Shown here: positions 38,001-46,762 of the stretch, in pieces
How the letters are laid out: every line of letters begins with the position of its first letter
How positions within the stretch are numbered: the stretch's first letter is position 1
DNA from: Arcicella sp.
GTDB lineage: Bacteria; Bacteroidota; Bacteroidia; Cytophagales; Spirosomataceae
DNA: 64,000 bases
NCBI GenBank assembly: GCA_040403295.1
Contig: JBBAKY010000002.1
Span: 474 to 64,473, forward strand
Reading direction: 5' to 3'
Translations under genes and position numbers: made by a program
Notes under the pieces: generated by a model
What the model was told of the DNA's origin: nothing
The model's database searches: none
What the model saw: only the letters and a program-made list of their open reading frames with translations

Positions 38001-40022
38001 ATGAAATCACTCCTTTTGCTTTTATGTACCTTAACATTCGCAAATGTCAAGGCTCAACAAACAATCCAACCAAACTTAGGTTACAGAACCGCTAAGATTC
38101 TGAAAAAGAACGGCTTAACGTTCAAAGACTTAAATCAAAATGGAAAAATTGATAAATATGAAGATTGGCGTTTACCAATTGAAACACGGGTTCAAGATTT
38201 AGTTGCCAAAATGACGATTGAGGAGAAAGTGGGTTTTATGCTCATCAGTACTTCTCGCTTAGCGGGTGATTTTTCCTTCCAACAAAATGCGCCCAAAGTT
38301 GAAATTACGAGTGGATTTAATGAAGAAGACTTGGTGCAAAGCATGAATATGTTTTCTAAAAAGCCACTACCTTACGCCATGCTTTCAGCCGCTGGCACCA
38401 CCAAAGGCGTAACAAAAAATCATTTACGACATTTCATTTTACGTGCCAATACTTCCGCTAAAGTTTTGGCAGAATGGGCGAATAATCTCCAAGCTCTTTG
38501 CGAAAATTCACGCTTGGGAATTCCTGCCATCATCGCTTCTAATCCACGAAATCATATTACCGTTGATGCTTCCATCGGACTCAGCGTTGGTACGACTGTT
38601 TTCTCAAAATGGCCGGGTGAATTGGGTTTAGCCGCCATGCGAGATTTGAAATTAACCCGTGAATTTGCGGATATTGCTCGTCAAGAATGGGCAGCAATTG
38701 GCCTCCGCAAAGGCTATCAATACATGGCAGATTTGGCAACCGAACCTCGCTGGCAACGAATTGAAGGCACTTTTGGGGAAGATGCAAACTTAGTAGCGGA
38801 TATGACTCGTGAGATAGTATTAGGTTTTCAAGGGACAAAATTGGGCGAAAAATCTGTCGCTCTTACCACCAAACATTTCCCAGGCGGAGGACCACAAGTG
38901 GAAGGGCAAGACCCGCATTTTGAGTGGGGCAAAGACCAACATTACCCAGGAAATATGTTTGATTATCACCTCAAACCTTTCCAAGCGGCCATTGATGCAG
39001 GTACATCATCCATTATGCCTTATTACGCAAAACCAATTGGCACGAAATACGAAGAAATAGCTTTTGCGTATAACAAAGCCATTATCAAAGATTTATTGAG
39101 AACCAAAATGGGCTTCAAAGGTATCATCAATTCGGATACTGGCCCGATTGAAATGATGCCTTGGGGCGTTGAAAATTTAACAATTTTGCAACGTTATCAA
39201 AAAGCCATTGATTGTGGCGTGGATATATTTTCTGGTTCTGCCGACCCAACGCTTTTATTAGAAACGGTAAAGAAAGGCATGGTTTCAGAAGCCCGAATTA
39301 ATGAATCAGTTACAAGATTATTGAGAGAAAAATTTACTTTAAATCTTTTTGAAAATCCTTACGTGGATGCTGCAGAAGCGGAGAAAATTGTGGGTAATGC
39401 CAACTTCCAAAAGCGGGCAGATTTAGCCATGAGAAAATCTATCGTTTTATTAAGAAATCAGGCAAAAGTTCTTCCAATCGCTCCAAAAACGGAACGCCGC
39501 CCGACGAAAGTTTATTTTGAATCTTACTACGATAATGGCAGAACAAAAACGCCATTTACGGTTATAAAACCAGAAAATAATCAATGGAATTTTGACTTTG
39601 TTTCGACCAAAGAAGAAGCTGATGTAGTACTGCTATGGCTAACGCCCAACGGCGGAAGTTTATTCAATTCAAGTCCTGCCCCAATTGATATTAGTTTATC
39701 CAAAAATAAAATTGACGTGGCTCGAGTGAATGAAATAACGAGTGCAAAACCAACGATTGTGGTGATTAACTATACAAGTCCATGGTTGATTTCGGAGATT
39801 GATAATGCAAACTTAAAAACGGTTTTGGCAACTTTCGGCACCACGACCGATGCAATTTTGGATGTAGTGAGTGGGGCATTTAATCCAACAGGAAAAATGC
39901 CTTTTACAACGCCAATTTCACAGAAAGCCATCTTAGAAAATCAGTCTGATATACCAGGATTTATGAAGCCGAAGGGATATGCTTTGTTTACTTTTGGGGA
40001 TGGGATTGGTTATGAGAAGTAG
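38001..40022 (+). CDS. Glycoside hydrolase family 3 (beta-glucosidase-like)
   Basis: FKDLNQNGKIDKYEDWRLP, RLGIP, EPRWQR..GTFGED, KHFPGGG, IMPYY, GIINSDT, PTGKMPF. Confidence 0.93.
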   Translation: MKSLLLLLCTLTFANVKAQQTIQPNLGYRTAKILKKNGLTFKDLNQNGKIDKYEDWRLPIETRVQDLVAKMTIEEKVGFMLISTSRLAGDFSFQQNAPKVEITSGFNEEDLVQSMNMFSKKPLPYAMLSAAGTTKGVTKNHLRHFILRANTSAKVLAEWANNLQALCENSRLGIPAIIASNPRNHITVDASIGLSVGTTVFSKWPGELGLAAMRDLKLTREFADIARQEWAAIGLRKGYQYMADLATEPRWQRIEGTFGEDANLVADMTREIVLGFQGTKLGEKSVALTTKHFPGGGPQVEGQDPHFEWGKDQHYPGNMFDYHLKPFQAAIDAGTSSIMPYYAKPIGTKYEEIAFAYNKAIIKDLLRTKMGFKGIINSDTGPIEMMPWGVENLTILQRYQKAIDCGVDIFSGSADPTLLLETVKKGMVSEARINESVTRLLREKFTLNLFENPYVDAAEAEKIVGNANFQKRADLAMRKSIVLLRNQAKVLPIAPKTERRPTKVYFESYYDNGRTKTPFTVIKPENNQWNFDFVSTKEEADVVLLWLTPNGGSLFNSSPAPIDISLSKNKIDVARVNEITSAKPTIVVINYTSPWLISEIDNANLKTVLATFGTTTDAILDVVSGAFNPTGKMPFTTPISQKAILENQSDIPGFMKPKGYALFTFGDGIGYEK

Positions 40023-40041
40023 GGGTTTATTGGGTCAATTT

Positions 40042-40078
40042 AATAGCGTAAAAATTAGTTAATTTTTACGCTATTTTT
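40042..40078 (+). terminator. Intrinsic terminator
   Basis: AATAGCGTAAAAATTA-gt-TAATTTTTACGCTATT followed by Ts. Confidence 0.7.
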
Positions 40079-40104
40079 GTATTTTTGTATAAGAAATTTA
40101 TAAA

Positions 40105-40254
40105 ATGAAGACCATGAAAACTACAACAAAACCAAAAGAAGTGCCTGTTAAACAGGTAATGAGAAAGCCAGAAGGCAGGCCCAAAGTGAAACAAGGAACA
40201 GGGAGACACTTAATCTTTATGTCCGATACACTTTTTGACGATGATTTAAAATAA
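40105..40254 (+). CDS. Putative small antitoxin (49 aa, not in the ORF track)
   Basis: MKTMKTTTKPKEVPVKQVMRKPEGRPKVKQGTGRHLIFMSDTLFDDDLK; TAATG overlap with the PIN gene; tail resembles the G..KG.I.MSDDFD antitoxin motif. Confidence 0.65.
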   Translation: MKTMKTTTKPKEVPVKQVMRKPEGRPKVKQGTGRHLIFMSDTLFDDDLK

Positions 40255-40661
40255 TGAAGAGCTACCTTTTAGACACACATATTTTTCTGAATGCGTGCGG
40301 AAGACCTGAGAAAAATGGCAAAAAAATAGTAAAAATTCTTGAAAGTGATTGCCCTAAATATCTTAGTGCTATTTCGTTGGTAGAGATTACTCAATTATTG
40401 GAATCAAAACCTAAGGAAGTAAAAATAAACCTACCGGTTGCAACATTTTTTCAACAGGCGTTGAGTAATTTAAAAGTTCAGGTTTTAGAAATTACGCCTG
40501 AACATGCCCAACAATTCTACGAAATTCAAATGATAAAAGATCACAAAGACCAATACGACCGCACCATTATTGCCTAAGCGGCAAGCACAGGTTTTACAGT
40601 TTTGTCTGACGAGACAAAATTTCCATTTTATCCCATTGAACTTGTTTCAAATAATTTATAA
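40254..40661 (+). pseudogene. PIN-domain (VapC-like) toxin with a premature TAA at 40575-40577
   Basis: YLLDTHIFL, SAISLVEI, HKDQYDRTIIA*A (expected IIAQA); the frame continues ASTGFTVLSDETKFPFYPIELVSNNL*. Confidence 0.85.
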
Positions 40662-40747
40662 ATATTTGTTTTTATACATTGAAAAGGCCGCTGAATTGAT
40701 TTCATCGGCTTTTTTTGATAGTTTCTACCTATTAATAATCATAATTG

Positions 40748-40958
40748 CTATTTGAATTTAATATTTGAGAGGATTTTTTCTGTATCACTTGTACGATCCT
40801 TTAAACGGTGGGTTGCGTAGAACGTCAGATAGAATTTGTTTACCTTAACTAAATATATTTTTTGAATAAGTATTTGTTTAGCTTTTTGTTGAAATTGCCT
40901 TTAAATTACAAGAAAGGGAAAACAAGAAAGAAGAGTATAATAGGTATTTAATTCTCAT
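40748..40958 (-). pseudogene. Remnant of a small lipoprotein gene
   Basis: MRIKYLLYSSFLFSLSC lipobox; another frame gives a plausible C-terminus (QILIQKIYLVKVNKFYLTFYATHRLKDRTSDTEKILSNIKFK*); minus-strand TATGTTTG box at 40987-40994. Confidence 0.45.
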
Positions 40959-41225
40959 CTGAGTATTGAAATATTGTATCTATCTGCAAACATAAGTATT
41001 TCTTACAACTTCCCAAAACAATTTATGTAACCTCCAAAGATATCCTAACTTTGCATTTCCTTCATTACATAAATTATACCTCAAAATAAATTTTTACAGT
41101 AAAAAATCCCTAAATGCCCCTTTATAGAATCAAAAGGCATAATCAGATAATTTCCATTTTCGTGGCAATGCTATTGGTTATCCTATTGCCTCTTTAAAAG
41201 CATTTTTTAACCTTAGTAAAACGCT

Positions 41226-41238
41226 GTAAGTGACTTAC
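41226..41238. promoter_or_regulatory. Candidate operator palindrome upstream of uxaC
   Basis: GTAAGT-G-ACTTAC perfect palindrome about 48 nt before the ATG; TAACTTTG box at 41046-41053. Confidence 0.35.
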
Positions 41239-41285
41239 TATTACACTGCGACACGAGTTGCTATCTCGATATATTTACATACAAA

Positions 41286-42686
41286 ATGAAACAATTTTTA
41301 AACGAAGATTTCCTTCTCCAAACCTCCACGGCCAGCCGACTTTATCATGAGTTTGCTAAGGATATGCCTATTATTGATTATCACAATCACTTACCACCCG
41401 ACCAAATTGCGGGCAATAAGAATTTTGAAAATCTAACCCAAATTTGGCTTTACGGCGACCACTACAAATGGCGTGCAATGCGAGCAAATGGCATGAACGA
41501 AAGTTATTGCACGGGTGATAAATCAGATTTTGAAAAATTTGAGAAATGGGCTGAAACGGTACCTTACACGATGCGTAATCCATTGTATCACTGGACGCAT
41601 TTAGAATTGCAACGTTATTTTGAGGTGTACGAAACGCTTAGTCCGAAGAATGCTAAGAAAATTTACGAAGAATGTTCGGCTAAAATTCAAACACCTGAGT
41701 TTTCGGTGAGAAGTTTGTTGTCGAAAATGAACGTAGAAGTTGCTTGCACCACCGATGACCCAACGGATTCATTGGAACATCACCAAGCAATTATCAAAGA
41801 TGGAACGGTAACAACGAAGGTTTTGCCAACTTTTCGTCCTGATAAATATATTTTGATTGAGAATCCTAATTTCTCGGATTATGTTCAAAAGTTAGCTTCA
41901 GTTGCCAATATTGAGATTGATTCTTACGCTGACTTATTGAAGGCCCTTCGGTCACGAGCGGATTTCTTTGCTTCTTTGGGCGGTCGTTTAGCTGACCACG
42001 GTTTGGAGCAAATTTATGCCATTAGTTTCACTGAAGAAGCGGCCAATAACGTATTTAGAAAAGTAATTTCAAAACAAAATATCTCGTCTCAAGAAGCGCT
42101 GACTTATAAATCTGCCATTCTTCATGCTTTGGGTGTGATGTACCATGAATTGGGTTGGACGCAACAATTTCACTTGGGCGCCTTGCGAAATAATAACAGC
42201 CGTGCTTTGCGTACCTTGGGGCCAGATACCGGTTGGGATTCAATTGGCGACTGGTCACAAGCACAGGGACTATCCAAATTCTTAGGTCGTTTAGATGAAA
42301 ATGACCAATTAGCAAAAACCATTATTTATAACCTCAATCCAAGAGACAATGAATTAATGGCTACGATGATTGGTAATTTCAACGATGGGTCAATCGCTGG
42401 GAAAATTCAGTTTGGTTCTGGGTGGTGGTTTTTAGACCAAAAAGATGGAATGGAACGCCAAATGAATGCTCTTTCAAACATGGGACTTTTGAGCCGTTTT
42501 GTGGGTATGCTTACGGATTCACGTAGTTTCTTATCTTTTCCAAGACACGAATATTTCCGTAGAATTCTTTGTAATCTTTTGGGTAACGAAATCGAAAAAG
42601 GAGAACTACCAAACGATATTGAATGGATTGGGCAGATGGTGCAAAATATTTGTTACAACAACGCAAAAGAATATTTCAAATTTTAA
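41286..42686 (+). CDS. uxaC: Glucuronate/galacturonate isomerase
   Basis: IIDYHNHLPP, GDHYKWRAMR, NPLYHWTHLEL, TTDDP, GSGWWFLDQKDG, GMLTDSRSFLSFPRHEYFRR. Confidence 0.98.
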   Translation: MKQFLNEDFLLQTSTASRLYHEFAKDMPIIDYHNHLPPDQIAGNKNFENLTQIWLYGDHYKWRAMRANGMNESYCTGDKSDFEKFEKWAETVPYTMRNPLYHWTHLELQRYFEVYETLSPKNAKKIYEECSAKIQTPEFSVRSLLSKMNVEVACTTDDPTDSLEHHQAIIKDGTVTTKVLPTFRPDKYILIENPNFSDYVQKLASVANIEIDSYADLLKALRSRADFFASLGGRLADHGLEQIYAISFTEEAANNVFRKVISKQNISSQEALTYKSAILHALGVMYHELGWTQQFHLGALRNNNSRALRTLGPDTGWDSIGDWSQAQGLSKFLGRLDENDQLAKTIIYNLNPRDNELMATMIGNFNDGSIAGKIQFGSGWWFLDQKDGMERQMNALSNMGLLSRFVGMLTDSRSFLSFPRHEYFRRILCNLLGNEIEKGELPNDIEWIGQMVQNICYNNAKEYFKF

Positions 42687-42772
42687 GGAGCAATAAAATA
42701 TGGGTAGAAATGGAAGTAAGTCCTTTCACAATTCTCATTTTCATAATTCTCATTACTCAACGCTAAAAATTC

Positions 42773-44065
42773 ATGCAAACCACAATTGGTAAATATCGCT
42801 GGACGATTTGTAGTCTGGTCTTTTTTGCAACAACGGTCAATTATCTTGACCGACAGGTAATTAGCCTTTTGAAGTCTGTTTTATCAACCGACCTAAAATG
42901 GGATGATGGTGATTACGCCAACATTGAAATCACCTTCAAGATTTTCTATTCTTTCGGGATGCTCGTTGCAGGAAGTATTGTTGATAAACTTGGCACAAAA
43001 AAGGGATATGCTTGGGCAACGGGACTTTGGAGTTTAGCCGCCATCGGACATGCTTTCGCCAGTTCCGCTTTTGGCTTTATGATTGCTCGTGCCGCTTTGG
43101 GACTTACAGAAGCAGGAAATTTCCCTGCCGCAATCAAATCAACGGCTGAATGGTTTCCTAAAAAAGAGAGAGCCTTAGCAACGGGTATTTTCAACTCAGG
43201 TACTAACATCGGAGCCATCGTTGCACCGCTTTCTGTACCACTTATTGCGGTATATTGGGGTTGGCAATGGGCGTTTATTATTACGGGTTTAATTGGTTTT
43301 CTTTGGTTGATTTTATGGAATATTTACTATACTTCGCCAAAAGATTCTAAGAAATTAAGTAAAGAAGAATACGACTATATTCACTCGGATAAAGAAGAAG
43401 AAAATATCAAAAATGAAGAAAAAGTGCCTTGGATTAAGCTTTTAGGCTTTCGTCAAACGTGGGCTTTTGCTTTAGGCAAATTCTTGACCGACCCAGTTTG
43501 GTGGTTTTATCTTTTCTGGTTACCCGATTTCTTACAAAGTGAATACAAACTTACTTTGCTTCAAATCTCATTTCCAGTAGCGGTAGTTTATATTATTTCG
43601 ACGGTTGGAAGTATTGGGGGAGGTTATTTACCAATGGCATTAATCAACAGAAATATGCCTGTTTTCAAAGCACGAAAAACGTCTATGTTTATTTTTGCTT
43701 TGTTTGTAATTCCCGTTATTTTCTCACAAGTGGCTGGAAAAGTAAATATGTGGTTCGCTGTTTTAGTGATTGGTATTGCCGCAGCGGCTCACCAAGCATG
43801 GAGTGCTAATATTTTTACCACGGTTTCGGATATGTTCCCTAAAAAAGCAACGGCTTCAATCGTGGGAATTGGTGGAATGGCAGGTGGTTTAGGCGGTATT
43901 TTGTTAACTTGGGCGGTACAAAAAAATATGTTTGTTTACTACCGAAGCATCAACCAAATCGAAACGGCTTATTATATTATGTTCGCTATTTGTGCGGGAG
44001 CTTATTTATTGGCTTGGGTGATTATGCACCTCTTGGTACCAAAAATGGACAAAGTAGATATTTAA
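42773..44065 (+). CDS. exuT: MFS hexuronate transporter (ExuT-like)
   Basis: NYLDRQV, EAGNFPAAIK, EWFPKKERALATGIFNSG, DPVWWFYLFWLP, AHQAWSAN; downstream of uxaC. Confidence 0.88.
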   Translation: MQTTIGKYRWTICSLVFFATTVNYLDRQVISLLKSVLSTDLKWDDGDYANIEITFKIFYSFGMLVAGSIVDKLGTKKGYAWATGLWSLAAIGHAFASSAFGFMIARAALGLTEAGNFPAAIKSTAEWFPKKERALATGIFNSGTNIGAIVAPLSVPLIAVYWGWQWAFIITGLIGFLWLILWNIYYTSPKDSKKLSKEEYDYIHSDKEEENIKNEEKVPWIKLLGFRQTWAFALGKFLTDPVWWFYLFWLPDFLQSEYKLTLLQISFPVAVVYIISTVGSIGGGYLPMALINRNMPVFKARKTSMFIFALFVIPVIFSQVAGKVNMWFAVLVIGIAAAAHQAWSANIFTTVSDMFPKKATASIVGIGGMAGGLGGILLTWAVQKNMFVYYRSINQIETAYYIMFAICAGAYLLAWVIMHLLVPKMDKVDI

Positions 44066-44085
44066 ACATCCGTTTAGTTGATATC

Positions 44086-44125
44086 AATGAAAGTAGAAGA
44101 GCAGAACGGCTCTTCTACTTTCATT
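44086..44125. terminator. Hairpin/terminator after exuT
   Basis: AATGAAAGTAGAAGAGC ... GCTCTTCTACTTTCATT perfect 17-bp stem. Confidence 0.7.
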
Positions 44126-44167
44126 TAAAAGAGTATTAATTCTATTTTTTATAAATCTTGTTTATTT

Positions 44168-46066
44168 ATGAGACGTTTTTTTTTCTTACTAATTCTGATT
44201 ACCTTTTTCCAAACCATTCATGCCCAAACTAATTGGTCGGAGAAAATGGCAAACGCCATGATGGAAATCCATAAGGACTCAATTACCTATAAAGAGGAAG
44301 GCAAATTTGCCCGTTGGGATTACGAACAAGCCATTTTATTGAAAGCCCTCGAACGAGTGTGGACGCACACGGGCGATGGAAAATATTATCAATTCATCTT
44401 GAAAAATATGGATTCTTACGTCAATGAAAAAGGCGAAATCAGAAGCTACAAAGGTGAACCATTTAACATTGATAACATCACTGGTGGACGGTCTTTGTTG
44501 ATGCTTTATCGTGAAACGGGCAAAGAAAAATTCAAGTTAGCGGCAGATTTACTGAGAAATCAACTCAAAAACCAACCTCGCACGAAAGAGGGAGGATTTT
44601 GGCACAAAAAGATTTATCCAAATCAAATGTGGTTGGATGGTTTGTACATGGCCGAACCATTTTATGCTGAATACAGCAAAGTGTTCAACGAACCTGCCAA
44701 TTTTGATGACATAGCCAACCAATTTATTTGGATGGAAAAACACGCCAGGGACCCCAAAACTGGACTTTTATATCACGGTTGGGATGAAAGCAAAGAACAA
44801 AAATGGGCAAGTAAAACCACTGGAACATCGCCCAATTTTTGGGATAGAGCTTTGGGTTGGTACGTGATGGCAATATTAGATGTATTAGATTCGTTTCCAA
44901 AAGACCACCCAAAACGTCCAGAATTGATTGCTATTTATCAAAGATTGATGCCCGCTATTGTCAAATATCAAGACCCAAAAGAAGGTTGTTGGTATCAGGT
45001 TGTGGATAAAATGAATGGCAAAGGCAACTATATGGAAGCTTCGGGAACCGCCATGTTTGTGTATGGACTTGCTAAAGGGGTACGGATGGGATATTTAGAT
45101 AAATCTTATCTTCAATATGCAAAAAAAGGATATCAAGGAATGTTGAAAAACTTTATCACAACTGATATCAAAGGTATTCCGCATTACGAAAAAGTGGTTT
45201 TGGTAAGTGGCTTAGGTGGAAATCCTTATCGGGATGGTAGTTATGAATACTACCTAAAAGAACCCATCAGAAGAGACGATTTAAAAGGCGTTGCTCCCTT
45301 CATCATGGCGAGTATTGAAATGGAAATTGCAACGGAACAAAGCGTAGGAAAAGGCAAAAATGTGGGATTAGATTATTATTTCAATCATGAATTTAGGAAT
45401 ACAAAAGACGGAAAAACTGAACGCTTTCACTATACTTGGGAAGATGAAAAAGATTCGGGTTATTCGCTTTTAGGTAATATTTTTGAAAACTACGGAGCAA
45501 CGCTAAAAAGTGTCCCAGAGGCACCAAGAGCCAATAATTTAAAGGGTTTAGATGTGTATATCATCGTTGACCCTGATAATAAAAAGGAAACGGCTAATCC
45601 AAATTTCATGGCTAAGGAAGATATTGAAAGCATTGAAAAATGGGTAAAAGCAGGCGGAACTTTAGTGATGTTGGCGAATGATTCTGCCAACGTAGAATTG
45701 CCCCATTTCAATCAATTAGCCAAAAGATTTGGCATACAGTTTACGGATAAAAGTGTGAATATGGTAAAAAACAATGTCTATGAACAAGGCAAAGTGATGA
45801 TACCAGAGAATCACCCAATTTTCAAAGATGTGAAGAAAATCTTCGTTAAAGAATTATCCGTTTTATCGGTAAAAGAACCCGCAAAAGCCTCGGTTTCTGA
45901 AGGTAGAAATGTTATTATAGGAGTAGCAAACGTTGGTAAAGGAAGAGTATTTGCCCTCGGCGACCCATGGATTTATAACGAATATCTTAACGGAAAACGC
46001 CTTCCGATGGAATTTGAAAACTTTAAGGCTGTCAAAAATTTGGCAGTTTGGTTATTGAAAAAATAA
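44168..46066 (+). CDS. GH105 unsaturated rhamnogalacturonyl hydrolase fused to a DUF4350-like domain
   Basis: WDYEQ, NIDN, GGFWHKKIYPNQMWLDGLYM, LYHGWDES, FW.RALGW, EASGT; C-terminal LDYYFNHE...GDPWIYNEY. Confidence 0.92.
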   Translation: MRRFFFLLILITFFQTIHAQTNWSEKMANAMMEIHKDSITYKEEGKFARWDYEQAILLKALERVWTHTGDGKYYQFILKNMDSYVNEKGEIRSYKGEPFNIDNITGGRSLLMLYRETGKEKFKLAADLLRNQLKNQPRTKEGGFWHKKIYPNQMWLDGLYMAEPFYAEYSKVFNEPANFDDIANQFIWMEKHARDPKTGLLYHGWDESKEQKWASKTTGTSPNFWDRALGWYVMAILDVLDSFPKDHPKRPELIAIYQRLMPAIVKYQDPKEGCWYQVVDKMNGKGNYMEASGTAMFVYGLAKGVRMGYLDKSYLQYAKKGYQGMLKNFITTDIKGIPHYEKVVLVSGLGGNPYRDGSYEYYLKEPIRRDDLKGVAPFIMASIEMEIATEQSVGKGKNVGLDYYFNHEFRNTKDGKTERFHYTWEDEKDSGYSLLGNIFENYGATLKSVPEAPRANNLKGLDVYIIVDPDNKKETANPNFMAKEDIESIEKWVKAGGTLVMLANDSANVELPHFNQLAKRFGIQFTDKSVNMVKNNVYEQGKVMIPENHPIFKDVKKIFVKELSVLSVKEPAKASVSEGRNVIIGVANVGKGRVFALGDPWIYNEYLNGKRLPMEFENFKAVKNLAVWLLKK

Positions 46067-46101
46067 TATTGTCTAAAAACGATTAAAACCCCCAAAAACC
46101 A

Positions 46102-46533
46102 ATGAAAATACTAATTTTATTATCCTCCTTATTTTTCGTTAATTTTTCCATTATTCAAGCCCAAACTGTCGATGAAACTAAGGTTTCAGCAGTCGTTGAA
46201 AACCTTAGAATAGCACTAATTGAACCTGATAAGGCTACTTTAGAAAAAATTACGCACAAAGATTTAAGCTACGGACATTCAAACGGAAATATCGAAACCC
46301 AGGCAATGTTTATTGAAGCACTGGTTTCTGGAAATTCAGATTTTAAAACCATAGATTTGACCGACCAAACGGTGAAAGTAGTGGGCTCAACGGCCATTGT
46401 AAGGCATAAACTTTCAGCAGAAACCTCCAATAAAGGCGTTGTAGGTACTACTAAACTAAACGTTTTACTAATCTTCCAAAAAATTAAAGGCAATTGGATT
46501 TTATTAGCTCGCCAAGCAGCGAAGATTGTTTAG
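46102..46533 (+). CDS. NTF2-like (DUF4440) secreted protein
   Basis: LSYGHSNG.IE, TAIVRH, W.LLARQA. Confidence 0.85.
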   Translation: MKILILLSSLFFVNFSIIQAQTVDETKVSAVVENLRIALIEPDKATLEKITHKDLSYGHSNGNIETQAMFIEALVSGNSDFKTIDLTDQTVKVVGSTAIVRHKLSAETSNKGVVGTTKLNVLLIFQKIKGNWILLARQAAKIV

Positions 46534-46560
46534 TTTCAGCATTTTTTGAAATGAATTATG

Positions 46561-46606
46561 AGGTCGTAAAATTAGATAAATGTCTAAATTTTACGACCTT
46601 TTTTTT
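46561..46606 (+). terminator. Intrinsic terminator
   Basis: AGGTCGTAAAATT...AATTTTACGACCT followed by a long T run. Confidence 0.8.
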
Positions 46607-46640
46607 ATGTATCCTGAATTTGAACCCATTAAATTATACC

Positions 46641-46677
46641 TCATAATTCATAACTCACAATTCATAACTCATAATTC
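46641..46677. repeat. Intergenic heptamer tandem repeat TCA(T/C)AA(T/C)
   Basis: TCATAAT TCATAAC TCACAAT TCATAAC TCATAAT; related tracts at about 4516-4540, 17585-17672 and 42725-42760. Confidence 0.75.
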
Positions 46678-46762
46678 TCCATTTCTGGCACGTTATTTGT
46701 TTTTCGTTCAGCAACCTTACTGAGTATAGTATCAACTATTCTGCCTAAGAAGCAACCCGATT

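Noticed and set aside
32146-40577. Stop-codon reassignment or readthrough to explain two in-frame TAA codons
   Set aside because: TAA terminates most genes in the window and the two sites need different residues (Leu vs Gln), so independent point mutations are simpler.
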